This document shows positions 1 to 11,761 of a DNA stretch of 64,000 nt, piece after piece. The notes under the pieces are model-generated. The model was not told where the DNA came from. It ran no database searches and worked only from the letters and a program-made list of their open reading frames with translations. The position numbers were made by a program, and so were the translations under genes. Every line of letters begins with the position of its first letter. Positions within the stretch are counted from its first letter, which is position 1. Source of the stretch: Phyllosticta citribraziliensis (Eukaryota); contig NW_027117341.1 of assembly GCF_038025025.1 (NCBI RefSeq), positions 1,116,001-1,180,000 of the forward strand, given 5' to 3'.

Positions 1-343
1 GGCTTAGCCGCCATGCGTGCTGGTGAGGAAGCACGTCAGATCATTGACCCTTGAGTCTATTCGGCACGGGAAAAGAAAAGCAGGGACTCCAAGGGGTGCA
101 AAATGTCAAACAATATCACGGCTAGCGTGATGTCATTTGTATTTTTTCTAGCAGATGATGATCCGACTCCGAATCGGCGCGGGGGATTGATGTAAAATAC
201 ATGAGGTGTTGGTACTATTAGTGCATTCTGCTAGCCAGTTGGAGGAGGCGCTAGAGTAGGCCTGCGGTATATGATGGAAAAGCAGAAATCAGGACCGAAA
301 ACAGGAGCGAATTGACAGAGTGGTAGAGCGGATCATCATCCCT

Positions 344-772
344 TTACAAGAGACCAAGGGCCAGGACACCAGCGCCAAAGATGCTGCCCAGGGCAGGGAC
401 GATGCCGTTTGCGGCGTTGGTGGGGGAGGCGGTGGCCTGGCTGGCGGCAGAAGTGGCCGAGGCGAGCTGCGAAGAGGCGCTGCGGGTGACGGAGGCAATC
501 TCAGAAGAGAGGCTCGAAGCGTCGGCACCGGTGGCAGTGGCAGCAACGGAGGAGAGGCTGCTGAGCTGGCTGCTGAGCGAGGCCTGGTCAGAGGTGGCCG
601 AGGCGAGAATCGAAGATGCGTTCGACGAGGCCGAGGCGAAGACGCTCGAGAGAGACGAGCTGATGGAGCTGGCGTCAGAGGCAAGCGAGCTGGAGATGGA
701 GCTGACGGCCGTGGTGTTCTGAGCAGCGGCAAAGGCACCGAAGCCAGCGATGATGACGGGAGTGAAACGCAT
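344..772 (-). CDS. Small Ser/Ala-rich secreted, probably GPI-anchored cell-wall protein (142 aa)
   Basis: Signal peptide MRFTPVIIAGFGAFAAA, S/A/T-rich body and hydrophobic C-terminus (NAANGIVPALGSIFGAGVLALGLL) typical of a GPI signal. Probable 5'UTR intron at 827-881 (GTGAGT..GCTAAG..CAG on the minus strand). Confidence 0.8.
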   Translation of the reverse strand: MRFTPVIIAGFGAFAAAQNTTAVSSISSSLASDASSISSSLSSVFASASSNASSILASATSDQASLSSQLSSLSSVAATATGADASSLSSEIASVTRSASSQLASATSAASQATASPTNAANGIVPALGSIFGAGVLALGLL

Positions 773-1401
773 GTTGAAGGTGTTTTGGTGGGACTTGAAG
801 TCGGATTGTCGAAAGATTTGAGGATGCTGTGGTAGTCTTAGCCGGTGGTCGATGGCAGCTGAATGTAGTGGTAGGACTCACCTTTTGTGTTGATGTCGAG
901 GAGCGAATGGATGAAGAAAAAAACCGGCAAGGCAGCAGTCGGTGTCGACTCTTATACCTATAGTGCTACGTCATGGCCTGACTGTAAGCAGAGCGTCGGA
1001 CTCAGCTAGGCATGCCGGGGCAACGTGGAGGCGTAGAGGTCTCCTTGGAGGATGCGGGTACGATGGTGTTCCTGACTTGGCTGGTGGATTCGCAGTCCTA
1101 TGGGAGGTGGCGCAGGACCACCACAGAGGTGGATGCGTTGCCGAGGATTACAGGCAGCCTCGAACGGCCAACAAGAACAATGAAACAGCGTCAGGGCGCA
1201 GCGCCATGGCCTCGTTGCCACTGATGGATACACAGGTGATGACAAAGGATGATGGTCGCGTTTGGGGGTCGTCGAGAGGTGATCCCGTGGTACCAACGCG
1301 CGTCCTTGGTAACGCCTCAGCCGTGGCGCATCATCATCGTCCAGTCCTTCTTTTGCGTTTGTCAAGTTGTGCTGTATCCAGCATCTTGCCACGCTCCCCC
1401 T

Positions 1402-2670
1402 CTAGTCGGCTCCGCGGACCCGGACTACCCCATTGCCGTCATGGCCTCGACCATCACTGCTGTCGGATCCGCAAGCGCTTCCATGGCCAACTGCCCTTTT
1501 CCAACGTTTCTGCATCCTTCGACGGACAAACTCTGCCCTCAGCCTGTTTCGTCCTTGATAGTCCGACGCTATGCTGCTTGTGTCGCTGAAAAACTCGGCC
1601 CACTCCGTGTCCTCGTCAAACGTCGTCGTCGTCGGCTTGCGGAGTCCAAGAAACTGCCTGCCATGCGATTTGACGGGCCAGCATTCCCCGCCACCAAACA
1701 TTTCTACCCGGCTCCAGAACTCCCATGTCCACACGTCTTGGATGAAGCCCATGGGAATGGCGTACTGCGACCTGTAGGCTCTCCTGCTCGGCGCCCGCTC
1801 TTGGCCTTCGTCGCTGTGGCAGTGGGGCCATTTGGACACGAACATGCCATAGTGCATGTGCAGACCGTCGCCAATGCCATCAATGTATCCACCAAAGACA
1901 AACGTCTCCCATGCTCGACCCAGCTCGCAGCGCACTTGGTCCATGAAGAACGGTTCGATCTTGATGCTCACTTCAGGCTGGAGGGAGGCGGGGTTATAAT
2001 TGACGACCGCCCAGTTGAACGCGTGACACAACTCATGCACGAGTGTTTTGGCGAAGTGAAATGACGTGCGCAAATACGAGGCATGCGTTGGCGGGGACGA
2101 GGGCAGCTTCATCTCGCCATGCGGAAGACCGACGGGGGTCTGCTGGAGAATTCGTACATACTCATCGCTGATTTCCGTGTGCGAGCCATGGGTCTCAGGA
2201 GAATGAGGAAGTCCTTGCCAATGCATCATGTGGGTTGTGGCGTCGGCATAGTCGAGCTTTGCGAACCCCCAAGTGTGAACTTGGCCAAGAAATTCCAGGT
2301 CTCTTAATACGTCCATTTTTTGCATGTCATCCAGTGGCCCCATTGGTGGGTCAAACCGCTCTCCCAGGCGGCCGTAGGTATTTCTTAGCAGCTCGTTGCG
2401 AACCAATCGCCTGTTGTGCTTGAGTCCGTACCAGAAGGGTAAGAAAGTTGGCGTCGTGAGCATTTGGCTAGCCAGGCGGAAAACACTATGCAACGATTGG
2501 TGAACCGCGGGATCCATATTCAACCATCTCTCGAATGCAAACACTGGATGAATGGGGCATCGCAGGGTATCACCAACGAAATCTGGAGTCGAGTCAATGT
2601 ATCCTGAGTCGCGCAATTCCTGGAAAGAAATGTGGTTGAACCAAAGAGGCAATCCGTTGGGAGACGACAT
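1402..2670 (-). CDS. Hypothetical protein with HExxH (zincin-like) motif
   Basis: Open frame of about 420 codons containing KTLVHELCHAF, followed by EPFF..CELGRAWE..VFGG. First in-frame ATG is at 2670; an upstream exon is possible. Confidence 0.65.
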   Translation of the reverse strand: MSSPNGLPLWFNHISFQELRDSGYIDSTPDFVGDTLRCPIHPVFAFERWLNMDPAVHQSLHSVFRLASQMLTTPTFLPFWYGLKHNRRLVRNELLRNTYGRLGERFDPPMGPLDDMQKMDVLRDLEFLGQVHTWGFAKLDYADATTHMMHWQGLPHSPETHGSHTEISDEYVRILQQTPVGLPHGEMKLPSSPPTHASYLRTSFHFAKTLVHELCHAFNWAVVNYNPASLQPEVSIKIEPFFMDQVRCELGRAWETFVFGGYIDGIGDGLHMHYGMFVSKWPHCHSDEGQERAPSRRAYRSQYAIPMGFIQDVWTWEFWSRVEMFGGGECWPVKSHGRQFLGLRKPTTTTFDEDTEWAEFFSDTSSIASDYQGRNRLRAEFVRRRMQKRWKRAVGHGSACGSDSSDGRGHDGNGVVRVRGAD

Positions 2671-3072
2671 TTCTGCCAAGTGGCATGGGCCGAGAGATCT
2701 GGTTTGCTAGGAGCTTTCGGGCGCGATTTCGAGTTCGAGTCTCGTGGGTCAGTCAGTTGGATGCATCTTATAGTACAAGGTCCTTTGTCAATATCCAAAG
2801 CGTTCGGGGGTCTCCCTTTGTCAAATCAATTCACACTGTTCGGCGAATCGAAAACGGAAGTCCAGTGTTCTTTGGCAAGTGCCACGCGGCAAAGACGCTC
2901 ATTCTTAATGCTACATTGGAATGAATGTCGTTCAACGCCGACCAATGAAAGAATTGCTGGAAAAAAGAAGCAGAAGCGCCGCCAATGGAAATTGTTCACA
3001 AACCAAAGCCAAAAAGTTTTGTATGTGCGTCCAGGAATAAAATGCTGGGCATTGAAGGATTTGTCCCGAATC

Positions 3073-3846
3073 TCAAACGTGTAGGGCGCTCCTAGCGCTT
3101 GTGCGTGGAGTTCGACCTGAACTGCTGGTCGAACATGTGCTCGATGCTCCTGAGCTCTTGCGTCTTTCATCGATGCGGCTGCTGGCCAGGGTCTCGACGG
3201 ATGCACCTAGTCTCTTGTATGCTTGCAGCGTAAAGTACTCGTCAGGGCTACCAGAACCCTCGTTGGCATTTGGAGTGCGTGCGCGGCTTTGGACTGGCGA
3301 CATGCGAATGGCGTCGGGGCTCCATGAAAATTTCTGGCTTCCTCCGGTAAGGGAACGATGGTGTTTTCTCTGTCTTTCGGGCTTGACGGCGGGCAGTTCT
3401 AGCCTAGAGTTTATTCCAATCCACAGGGCCTCCTCTTGACCATCGCCAGGCATCCGCCATCCCCCGACACCTTCAAAGTCTCGGTTTGGGCCGGCAGTAC
3501 TGAACAGGGACGCAAAACTTTCGCTCTTGGTAGGCGGTTGGCGAGGGGCGGTGAGGTCTTGAGAGAGGCCAAGGCTGGCGGCGCTGCTCCGACGGCTGCG
3601 ATGATGGCGCTGAGGACTGGAGTAGCCGGAGGATGCAGCGACTCTTGGTTTGGGAGGATTGTGGAAGGAAGAGTCGTTGAATAGCCAGGTGTGGAAGAGG
3701 GCGACCCCTAGCTCAAAGTAGACTATGGAGACGCGGAAGAAAAGGGTGACAAAGGCGAGGGTGGTGGTGACAATGGCCAGGGCGATCAGCGGCAGCGAGA
3801 GGAGGATCAAGATGGGCGGGCCAAGAAGATAGAGTGGGTTGAACAT
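3073..3846 (-). CDS. Hypothetical protein with N-terminal hydrophobic/TM segment
   Basis: ATG at 3846 starts MFNPLYLLGPPILILLSLPLIALAIVTTTLAF...; contains RDFEGVGGWR and WIGINSRLELP blocks and a Ser/Arg-rich tail. Head-to-head with the Scn1 gene. Confidence 0.7.
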   Translation of the reverse strand: MFNPLYLLGPPILILLSLPLIALAIVTTTLAFVTLFFRVSIVYFELGVALFHTWLFNDSSFHNPPKPRVAASSGYSSPQRHHRSRRSSAASLGLSQDLTAPRQPPTKSESFASLFSTAGPNRDFEGVGGWRMPGDGQEEALWIGINSRLELPAVKPERQRKHHRSLTGGSQKFSWSPDAIRMSPVQSRARTPNANEGSGSPDEYFTLQAYKRLGASVETLASSRIDERRKSSGASSTCSTSSSGRTPRTSARSALHV

Positions 3847-4103
3847 GGCGTCGGTGCGGCCTTGAGCAGAGGCAGCGATGGACTCGACATATTCTTTGGA
3901 AGAGTTGCACGAGAGAGAGAGCGCAGAGCGGTTGCGGGTGGGGAGAGTAGAAAGGAAGAGAGACAGCGGGCGACTACAGGCCGCCATGGAGCGCGGCGCG
4001 CTCGGCATGTGATCCTGGGGCTCCCACATCCATCTCCACACGACACTCTCCACTCTCACTCCACCACGGCTCGTCGTCAAACTTCTCCCACTGCACGTCA
4101 AAC

Positions 4104-5240
4104 ATGACGGCTTCCTTCCCGTGGCACATTGGCGTCTTTGACGCTCATTGTCACCCCACCGACACCATGTCGTCCATTGCCGCCGTCCCCGACATGAAGG
4201 CTAGGGCTCTGACCGTCATGGCCACTAGAGCACAGGACCAGCAGCTCGTCGCCAATGTCGCCGACGACCTCGGCATCAAGTCGCACCGCGTAGACTCGTG
4301 GGGATCGAAAGAGCGCATCGTCCCCAGCTTTGGCTGGCACCCGTGGTTTGCCTATCAAATGTTCGATGAGGCCGAGTACGGTGGCAAGCAAACTCTGGAC
4401 GACGACGCCAAAGTCTCGCACTACAAGCAAGTCCTCTCTCCCGCACCCGATGACTGCAACTTCATCTCGAGTCTTCCCGACCCAATTCCTTTTTCCGTGT
4501 TTCTGGCGCAGACAAGACAACATCTCGAGCGCTTCCCTCTAGCACTGGTGGGCGAAATTGGCTTGGACAAGTCTTTTAGAATTCCTCAGCCGCCGCTTCA
4601 TGAGCACCATGAAACCCGCGACAGCTCCTTGACGCCAGGTGGACGAGAAGGGCGACGTCTGTCGCCGCACTGCGTCTCCCTGGAGCATCAGAAAGTCATC
4701 TTGACGGCGCAGCTCAATCTGGCCGGCCAACTAAGGCGCGCCGTTTCTGTTCACGGTGTGCAGGCGCATGGGGTGCTCTTTGAAACTTTGAGAGCGACCT
4801 GGAAGGGCCATGAGCGGAAACCGATGAGCAAGCGGGAAAGGAAGAGACGAGGCATCTCTGCCGAAGAAGCAGCTGATGAACGAGACGACTCTCCCAAGCC
4901 CTATCCTCCTCGCATCTGCCTTCACTCGTATTCTGGTCACCCGTCGTCGCTTTCGCAGTACTTTGATGCCTCGGTGCCGGCAGATGTCTACGTTTCTTTC
5001 TCTACTGCCATCAATTACTCGGACAGAGCGGCTTCTACCACGTCTCAGTCCATCAAGGTAGTGCCAGACGACCGAGTGCTTGTCGAGAGCGATCTCCACA
5101 TTGCTGGGGAGGACATGGACAAGTACTTGGAGGACGTGATCCGCAGGGTCTGCGACATTAAGGAATGGTCTCTCGAGGAAGGCGTCCAGCGGTTGCGGAG
5201 CAACTGGGAGCGGTTCGCCTTTGGCGGGGAGCGTCGATAG
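4104..5240 (+). CDS. SCN1: TatD-family metallohydrolase, Cut9-interacting protein Scn1-like
   Basis: Motifs DAHCHPTD, FGWHPW, GEIGLDK, SVHGVQAHG, CLHSYSG and VESD; intronless, 378 aa. Confidence 0.85.
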   Translation: MTASFPWHIGVFDAHCHPTDTMSSIAAVPDMKARALTVMATRAQDQQLVANVADDLGIKSHRVDSWGSKERIVPSFGWHPWFAYQMFDEAEYGGKQTLDDDAKVSHYKQVLSPAPDDCNFISSLPDPIPFSVFLAQTRQHLERFPLALVGEIGLDKSFRIPQPPLHEHHETRDSSLTPGGREGRRLSPHCVSLEHQKVILTAQLNLAGQLRRAVSVHGVQAHGVLFETLRATWKGHERKPMSKRERKRRGISAEEAADERDDSPKPYPPRICLHSYSGHPSSLSQYFDASVPADVYVSFSTAINYSDRAASTTSQSIKVVPDDRVLVESDLHIAGEDMDKYLEDVIRRVCDIKEWSLEEGVQRLRSNWERFAFGGERR

Positions 5241-5537
5241 ACATCCATTGCTATGAAATCGACATGTAGAAGTAAGCCTTGAGGATGCAGAAGCCAAGCG
5301 GCATCTGGGTCTTTTTGTTCCTGCAGGATGAGACCCTGAAAACATGATGATTTTGCAGAAAAAAGTCGTGGTTGGTTCCTTGACCGGCGCGCGAGTCAGT
5401 CGGCATGAGCGGTGAGATCATGGTCGAACAGCATCGCGCCGTCCCGTCCCACAGAGGGAGCCTCCACTAGCTAGTAAACAGGCTCATCATGCGCCCACGA
5501 CAATTCTGCAACTACATGCAGCCATATCCTCGCAACC

Positions 5538-8279
5538 ATGGACCACGGCTTCAAAGCCTGGAATGATACCTCTGACTGGCACGATCTTGTCGGTACCAGA
5601 CGCCCCCGCGACATATCCATCCAAATCGGCCTCTCCGTCGCTCTCGGAGCCACCGCTTTCATCGCCTTTTGCGTGAGTCACGGCTCCATCGCTCGGTGGA
5701 AGCTTTCGACATCGCTGACCGTCGCAGATTCTTCGTCCAAGATGGGAGGGCTTGTATGCCGCGCGCAAGAAGCATAACGACGAAGACACTGCACTCCCCG
5801 AACTCCCCAAGACCCTGTTTGGATGGATACCCGCGCTGTGGAAGATTACGGACCAGCAGGTCCTCGCGTCTGCTGGTCTAGACGCCTTTGTCGTGAGTAT
5901 TTCAGCTGCTGTTGTGGCTTCTCTCTGACGTGTGAACCAGTTCCTCGCCTTCTTCAAAATGGCCATCAAGTTTCTGACCATCACCCTCTTCTTTTCGCTC
6001 GTCGTGATCAAACCTGTACACGACCAGTTCCCCGACACGAGCAAGAAAAAGTTGAAGAATAACGGCACAACCGACGCCACCGACGACTTTGAACTGCGGA
6101 AACGGCACACACCGGCCAACATCACGCTGGACGGGCTATGGATGGTCGAGGACTACTACTCGTATTTGGAAGCGTCAACAGACTACCTGTGGATGTATCT
6201 GGTCTTTGCATACCTCTTTACCGGACTGGCCCTTTACATGATTGTCTCCGAAACGAGGAAGATTATTGAAATTCGCCAAGAGTATCTGGGAAGCCAGGCG
6301 ACCATTACCGACCGGACCATCCGTCTATCTGGCATACCTCCCGAGTTGCGGTCTGAGCACAAGATCAAGGAATTCGTCGAAGAACTGGAGATTGGAGACG
6401 TGGAGAGCGTAACCCTTTGCCGAAACTGGAAGCCACTGGATGACCTGATCGAGAAGAGACTGTTCACGCTTAGGAAATTGGAAGAGGCCTGGACGGTGCA
6501 TTTGGGTCAACGGCGAGTGGAGCGCAGTCTCGAATCTCTACCCGTTTCCCAACCTGCTCCCCCGGGCCCCGTTGTGGAAAGCCACGCTGACAGCGAAAGC
6601 AGTCACCTCTTGGGAGGCCACAGGCGCCGCATGTCGTCCCCATATGCTAGAAGCAGACCCTCGGTCAAGATTTGGTACGGGCGCTTCAAGGTGTGGTACC
6701 GCAACGTGGACGCCATCGACTTTTACGAGGAAAAGCTGCGTCGTCTGGACGAACAAATCAAGGACTTGCGTAGGAGGGAGTTTGAACCAAGACCTCTTGC
6801 CTTTGTCACCATGGACAGCGTTGCCAGTTGTCAAATGGCCGTTCAAGCCGTTCTAGACCCATCTCCTTTGCAGCTTCTGGCAAACACGAGTCCCGCGCCG
6901 GGCGACGTCGTTTGGCCCAATACCTACATGCCCCGCCGCGAGAGGATGATTCGAGCATGGGCGATTACCATTCTTATCACGATACTCACCGTGATCTGGA
7001 CGTCTCTTTTGGTACCGGTTGCCGGTGCCTTGAGCATCGAGTCCATTGGCAAGGTTTTCCCTGGCCTCGCAAAAGCCCTCCAGAGCCAACAAACCCTTCG
7101 GTCCATTGTCTCTACGCAGCTGCCGACCCTCATCGTTTCGCTCTTGAACGTTGCAGTTCCCTATCTGTACGACTGGTTGTCGAACAAGCAAGGAATGATT
7201 GGGCAGGGCGACGTGGAGCTTTCGGTCATTTCCAAAAACTTCTTTTTCGTCTTCTTCAACTTCTTCATCGTCTTTACGATTTTGGGGACCGCCTCGGGGT
7301 TCTATGACCTCTTTAAGAATATTGGCGAGCAACTGAAGGATGCGACCAAGATCACCCACGCCTTGGCCACAGCTCTGCAGTCGCTGTTGAACTTTTACAC
7401 CAACTTCGTCATCCTTCAGGGAGTCGGCCTGTTCCCATTCCGTCTGCTGGAGTTTGGAGCCGTGGTTCTGTACCCTCTTGGATTGATTGGAGCCAAAACT
7501 CCACGGGGTAAGTCTCGGAGCGAGCTTTCCATTGCAGTTTGCTAACATTCACAGACTACGCTGAACTGGTCCAACCACCCGTCTTTAGCTACGGCTTCTT
7601 CCTGCCCAACACGATCCTCATCTTCATCATTTGCATAGTGTACAGTGTCCTCCGCTCGTCGTGGATGGTCCTCCTGGCCGGTCTTATTTATTTCGTGATT
7701 GGGCACTTTGTGCACAAATACCAACTGCTTTACGCCATGGACCACCGGCAGCACTCGACCGGACGCGGCTGGCTGATGATTTGCGACCGTGTCATTGTTG
7801 GATTGATTCTCTTCCAATTGACCATGGCCGGTCAGCTTGCGCTCAAACAGGCTTTCTGGCGTTCAGTCTGTCTGGCCCCGCTCCTTATTGCCACGCTTTG
7901 GTTCTGGCACATTTACTCCAACTCGTACCGACCACTGATGAAATTCATCGCGCTGAAGAGCTTGCGTCGAGCCGAGCGGACAGACCATAGCCTTCACCAT
8001 TTCTTTGGGCATCGCCACGACCAAAGCCCGACTGTCGATGAGGTGCAGGAGCGCGGCCAGGAATATGTCAACCCCAGTCTCATCATGCCGTAAGTTGCAG
8101 TCACCCTGTACACGAAGTGCCAGTGCTAACCAAGGCGCAGGCTCGAAGACGTATGGATTGCCGACAAGAACGCGAGGGCCGTGGCCCAGAGCAATGGACA
8201 CGGAAACGGAAACAGCTCGAGGTCTAGCAGCGGCAGCAGCCGTCTCCAGCGTCTTTTCCGCCGCGGCCATCACGGTTGA
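5538..8279 (+). CDS. CSC1/OSCA/TMEM63 (DUF221) family membrane channel, 5 exons
   Basis: Spliced reading gives ILRPRWEGLYAARK, AGLDAFV/FLAFFKM, APAPGDVVWPN, YGFFLP and HKYQLLY..HSTG. Introns at about 5673-5727, 5893-5940, 7508-7554 and 8090-8140. Confidence 0.9.
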
Positions 8280-9106
8280 TAGTTGTCGCTGTCCTTTTGT
8301 ATCATCATGACGCTAGCCCGCTGTACAAATAGTCGTGCGCGTTCCATATACCCCTTTTGTCCGTTGCGTGTACTCATCGTTTGGCGAGGTTTACCTGCCT
8401 TGGATGCGTGCCCATAGCAATTTACGTCTTTCCAGAGTATATCCTCCAAAGTATCTCCGTGGAAGTGCATCTGCGTGGAGATGCTGCTTTCGACTTGTGT
8501 TGTGAAGGAGGTGATGCTGACCATGAGTATTTTTGTAACGGGGTTGGTGAGTGGGTAGCCTGGGAAGATAGTCGTTGTCTGTTTCCCTCCTCGAGTTTGT
8601 AGAGACTTGGAGCTGTCGAGTTGACAGGTTAGCTGTTGGTGTCTGGTGTTGAGCAATATCCGCTCTCGAAGTTGTCTGCTTACCTCACCTCAGGTCGATG
8701 TCGCCAGAGGCCACTCATCGGTCCACGGTCATAAAAGCCTCCATGCCATTGGACCGTTCAGACTCGCTTCCGCGGCAGTGGCCCTGGAAGTCACTGGCGC
8801 CCAGAGCATCGGGAGTTAAGCTGGAGAGACCTGGGGAATATTGGGATTCAAGCACGTGATGTGCTTCGCCTACCGGCTCACCTCCCGTCCCCCAGGCTTT
8901 AAAACCCCGACCGAGACCTACAGCACGTCAACTCACCTCCTACACGCTTGAATTGACTCTCAACAACGTGGCGGCGAGCTCAACCCCCTCAAAATAGGTA
9001 AGAGAATTCCTCACACTCACTGAGCTCTCACCCCCTCTAACCATCCTTAACAGATCCGCCTTTCTACGTCCCACCCTCCCGAAACCTACCATTAAAAGCG
9101 ACCATC

Positions 9107-10005
9107 ATGTCTTCCTGGTACCCTCCAAACCAGCTGAACAACGGTCGCCAGATGGCGCCTTTGCAGCCGACACAAATGCGTATGCCTTCTCACTGTGCGC
9201 TCCCAGCACCATCACTCACACCCATGCAGGCCCCTACAGGTTTCAAGGCTCTGAACGCGAAGACCTCGTCTCTAGGCTTGAAGCCCTTGTGCTTAGCCAC
9301 ACCGACCCTGCTGCGCGCGCGTTGGACTCCTCCCAGGCTGCGCGCGCGTTCGACTCCTCCCAGGCTGCGCACGCGGTCGACTCCTCCCAGGCTGCGCGCA
9401 TGTTCGACTCCTCCCAAGCTGCGCGCGCGTTCGACTCCTCCCGGGCTGCGCGCGTCTTCGACTCCTCCCCAACGGCACGCAACTTGTATGCCTACTCTCT
9501 CTATCACCATCATCAGCAGCAGCCCATGTACCAGCAGCAGCAATATGCGCAGCCCATCGGTTCCATCGGCCACCCCTGTGGCCCCATCAGCCCGCCTACT
9601 GGTTCCATCGGTCACCCTTCTGGCCCTATCAGTCAGCCCACTGGTCTCATTCACCCTCCTCGGCAGCTCAGCTCTACATCGGCCGCTCCGCTCTACGCGT
9701 CCGCCGCGTCTTCCGCCCAGTACATCCCCAATGCTGCCTCTTCCGCTGCTGCTGTCGACGCTTCGATTGCCGCTGCCACTGCCGCAAGCTACCAGCGCCG
9801 CCACATCATCAAGTGCGGCCGCTGCTACGGAGAGATGAAGCCCAGCGTCTCGTTCCACGGCTGGCTCGGCCACTGCGCTCACGGCCGCACCTTTGCGCCC
9901 AAGGAGCTCGACTACCAGATCTGCAACTGCAACCTGGCTTTCATGACGGCCTACGAGATGGAGAACCACTTGCGCACCCACGGCTGCTACGAACCGCGTC
10001 GTTGA
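9107..10005 (+). CDS. Unrecognised protein with internal tandem repeats and C-terminal zinc-finger-like motifs
   Basis: Exon 9107-9179 joins in frame to 9230-10005 across a 50-nt GTATGC..CAG intron. Contains 6x 9-aa repeat, a Q/H-rich segment, CGRC..HCAH and CNCNLAF..MENHLRTH. Probable 5'UTR intron at about 8998-9053. Confidence 0.65.
9310..9471 (+). repeat. Coding minisatellite, 27 bp x 6 (AARAFDSSQ)
   Basis: Unit gctgcgcgcgcgttcgactcctcccag repeated with few substitutions. Confidence 0.95.
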
Positions 10006-10140
10006 CCGTGCATGGAGATGTGCGTTCAAGGTTGAGATGTGCAAGGCCTTCTGGGCTCGACCCGCACGGGATTATGAGAAGACTGACTTTGCTACTGAGC
10101 TTGTGGAGCTGAACGTTCGAGAACATGTGGTGCGAAATGG

Positions 10141-10281
10141 TCTACTGGTCATCAAGGAGTAATGTGGCGCTCTGTTTGCTTCAAGGGTCTACTGGTCGTC
10201 AGGGAGTAATGCGGCGCTCTGTTTGCTTCAAGGTTCTGCTGGTCGTCAGGGAGTAATGTGGCGCTCTGTTTGCTTCAAGGG
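10141..10281. repeat. Non-coding tandem repeat, 47 bp x 3
   Basis: Unit tctactggtc(a/g)tca(a/g)ggagtaatg(t/c)ggcgctctgtttgcttcaaggg starts at 10141, 10188 and 10235. Confidence 0.95.
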
Positions 10282-11026
10282 ATATGTGGGTGGCATTGCT
10301 CGGATTGGAAAAGGATTTGCTCAATATGGCGTACGAAAAGGTCGGCTCAAGATACAGAGATGCAGAGATACATCCTACCAATGCAAAGAAATCAACCCAA
10401 TCCAGAGCAACATGCTCTACCGCGCCCCAGTCCACCACTTGTTTGAGAAGAAGAGGGAAATGGAGCGGCGAGCCTTTGGTGATTTCAACACCTCCTCTAC
10501 CACGGAGGAACATGATCTGCCCCTTCACTTCCTTGTGACTGCTGCGCTTGCCCAACTATTCCTACACATGGCCACCGGGCTTCCCTTTTGGGTTGGCCCT
10601 GCGCCGTGAGAAGAGGGAGTATATAATCATGCCATTCTACTTCTCTCTTCTCTTCTGCACCTCTCTTCTTCGCCAGCCTCCACGCCTCTCCTCCGCAACT
10701 CGCTTCTGCAACTCGCCTCTGCGCCTCTTTTCAGCAACTCTCTTCCAAGGCTTGCCGCTCGTCTGCATCTCGCCTTTGCGGCTCGCCTTCGCGGCCCTCT
10801 ACCGCACCTCTTCGCCAAATCCCTTTGGGCATTCCTGCTCCGCGCCTCTTGCGCCGCATCTTTTCCACCAGCACATCTCAGATCATACTTTGTCTTTTCG
10901 AAATCCTTCGTCACGCTTCCTGCGGCATCACCTTCTCTCACCTTCGCGGTCAAGATCATTTGCTCAGCAACCTTCTACCGGAAGCCGGCCATTACAACAC
11001 TCATTTCGCAGCATCCACGCCTCAAG

Positions 11027-11761
11027 ATGAACGGCGCTCCCGCAAACGCTGGGCCTGGTGGCAATAACGCACTCAACGATGACTGCCGCGGCCAAAAGAG
11101 GCGAAGATTCGACGACGATGCTGCGCCTCAAGCTCCCCCCGTTGGCTGTCCCGTTGTCCGAGCCGCCAATGTCGTCGACCAAGCTCTTGCTCCTGAGAAC
11201 CATAACCTTCACATTAACATTACTGGTCCATGTGATTTCGATACTGCAATGGGATCATATGCCATCATGAGTTGGGAGCTTGCATGCGGGCAGAAATCCG
11301 CCGAAGACAAGGAAGAAATTCGACAAGTCCTGAGCAGAAACGTGGGCTTCACATTCAACGCTGGTTTCGTCACGTTGGTATCCTTCTGGATGAACTTTTT
11401 CAAGATGAGAAGCTGGCATCGCATTGCTATCTGGGTACTAATGGAGGAGCCAAATCTTTTCGACATTCCCCGACAGGACTGCCGGCACCGCCTACCGGTC
11501 AATCCACGACCAGCATACTGCAACACCAATCTGCGCAGGTTGATCGATCAATTGAGTCGCGAGAATTACGACCACATGGTGAAGACTGGCAATTTGGACT
11601 CACCTCCCAGGACTGCCCTTTGCGCATCCATTGAAAAGGAAAACGCGCGCAGGAAAATCGAGTGGCACGAGAATTATCGAGTCTGGCGGTCTGGTTGGGT
11701 CTTCTACGACGACGAGCACAGATGCCAGGACTGCGACTTTGAAAATCAAAACCGCGGCTGA
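11027..11761 (+). CDS. Cassette gene A, copy 1 (244 aa, unknown function)
   Basis: Intronless ORF with KRRR basic patch and C-terminal ENARRKIEWHE..W..G..FYDDE..CxxC, shared with the ORF at 25.8-26.3 kb. Confidence 0.75.
   Translation: MNGAPANAGPGGNNALNDDCRGQKRRRFDDDAAPQAPPVGCPVVRAANVVDQALAPENHNLHINITGPCDFDTAMGSYAIMSWELACGQKSAEDKEEIRQVLSRNVGFTFNAGFVTLVSFWMNFFKMRSWHRIAIWVLMEEPNLFDIPRQDCRHRLPVNPRPAYCNTNLRRLIDQLSRENYDHMVKTGNLDSPPRTALCASIEKENARRKIEWHENYRVWRSGWVFYDDEHRCQDCDFENQNRG

Noticed and set aside
10141..10281. Three repeats resembling a CRISPR array
   Set aside because: The units are contiguous with no unique spacers, the context is eukaryotic and there are no cas genes; it is a minisatellite.
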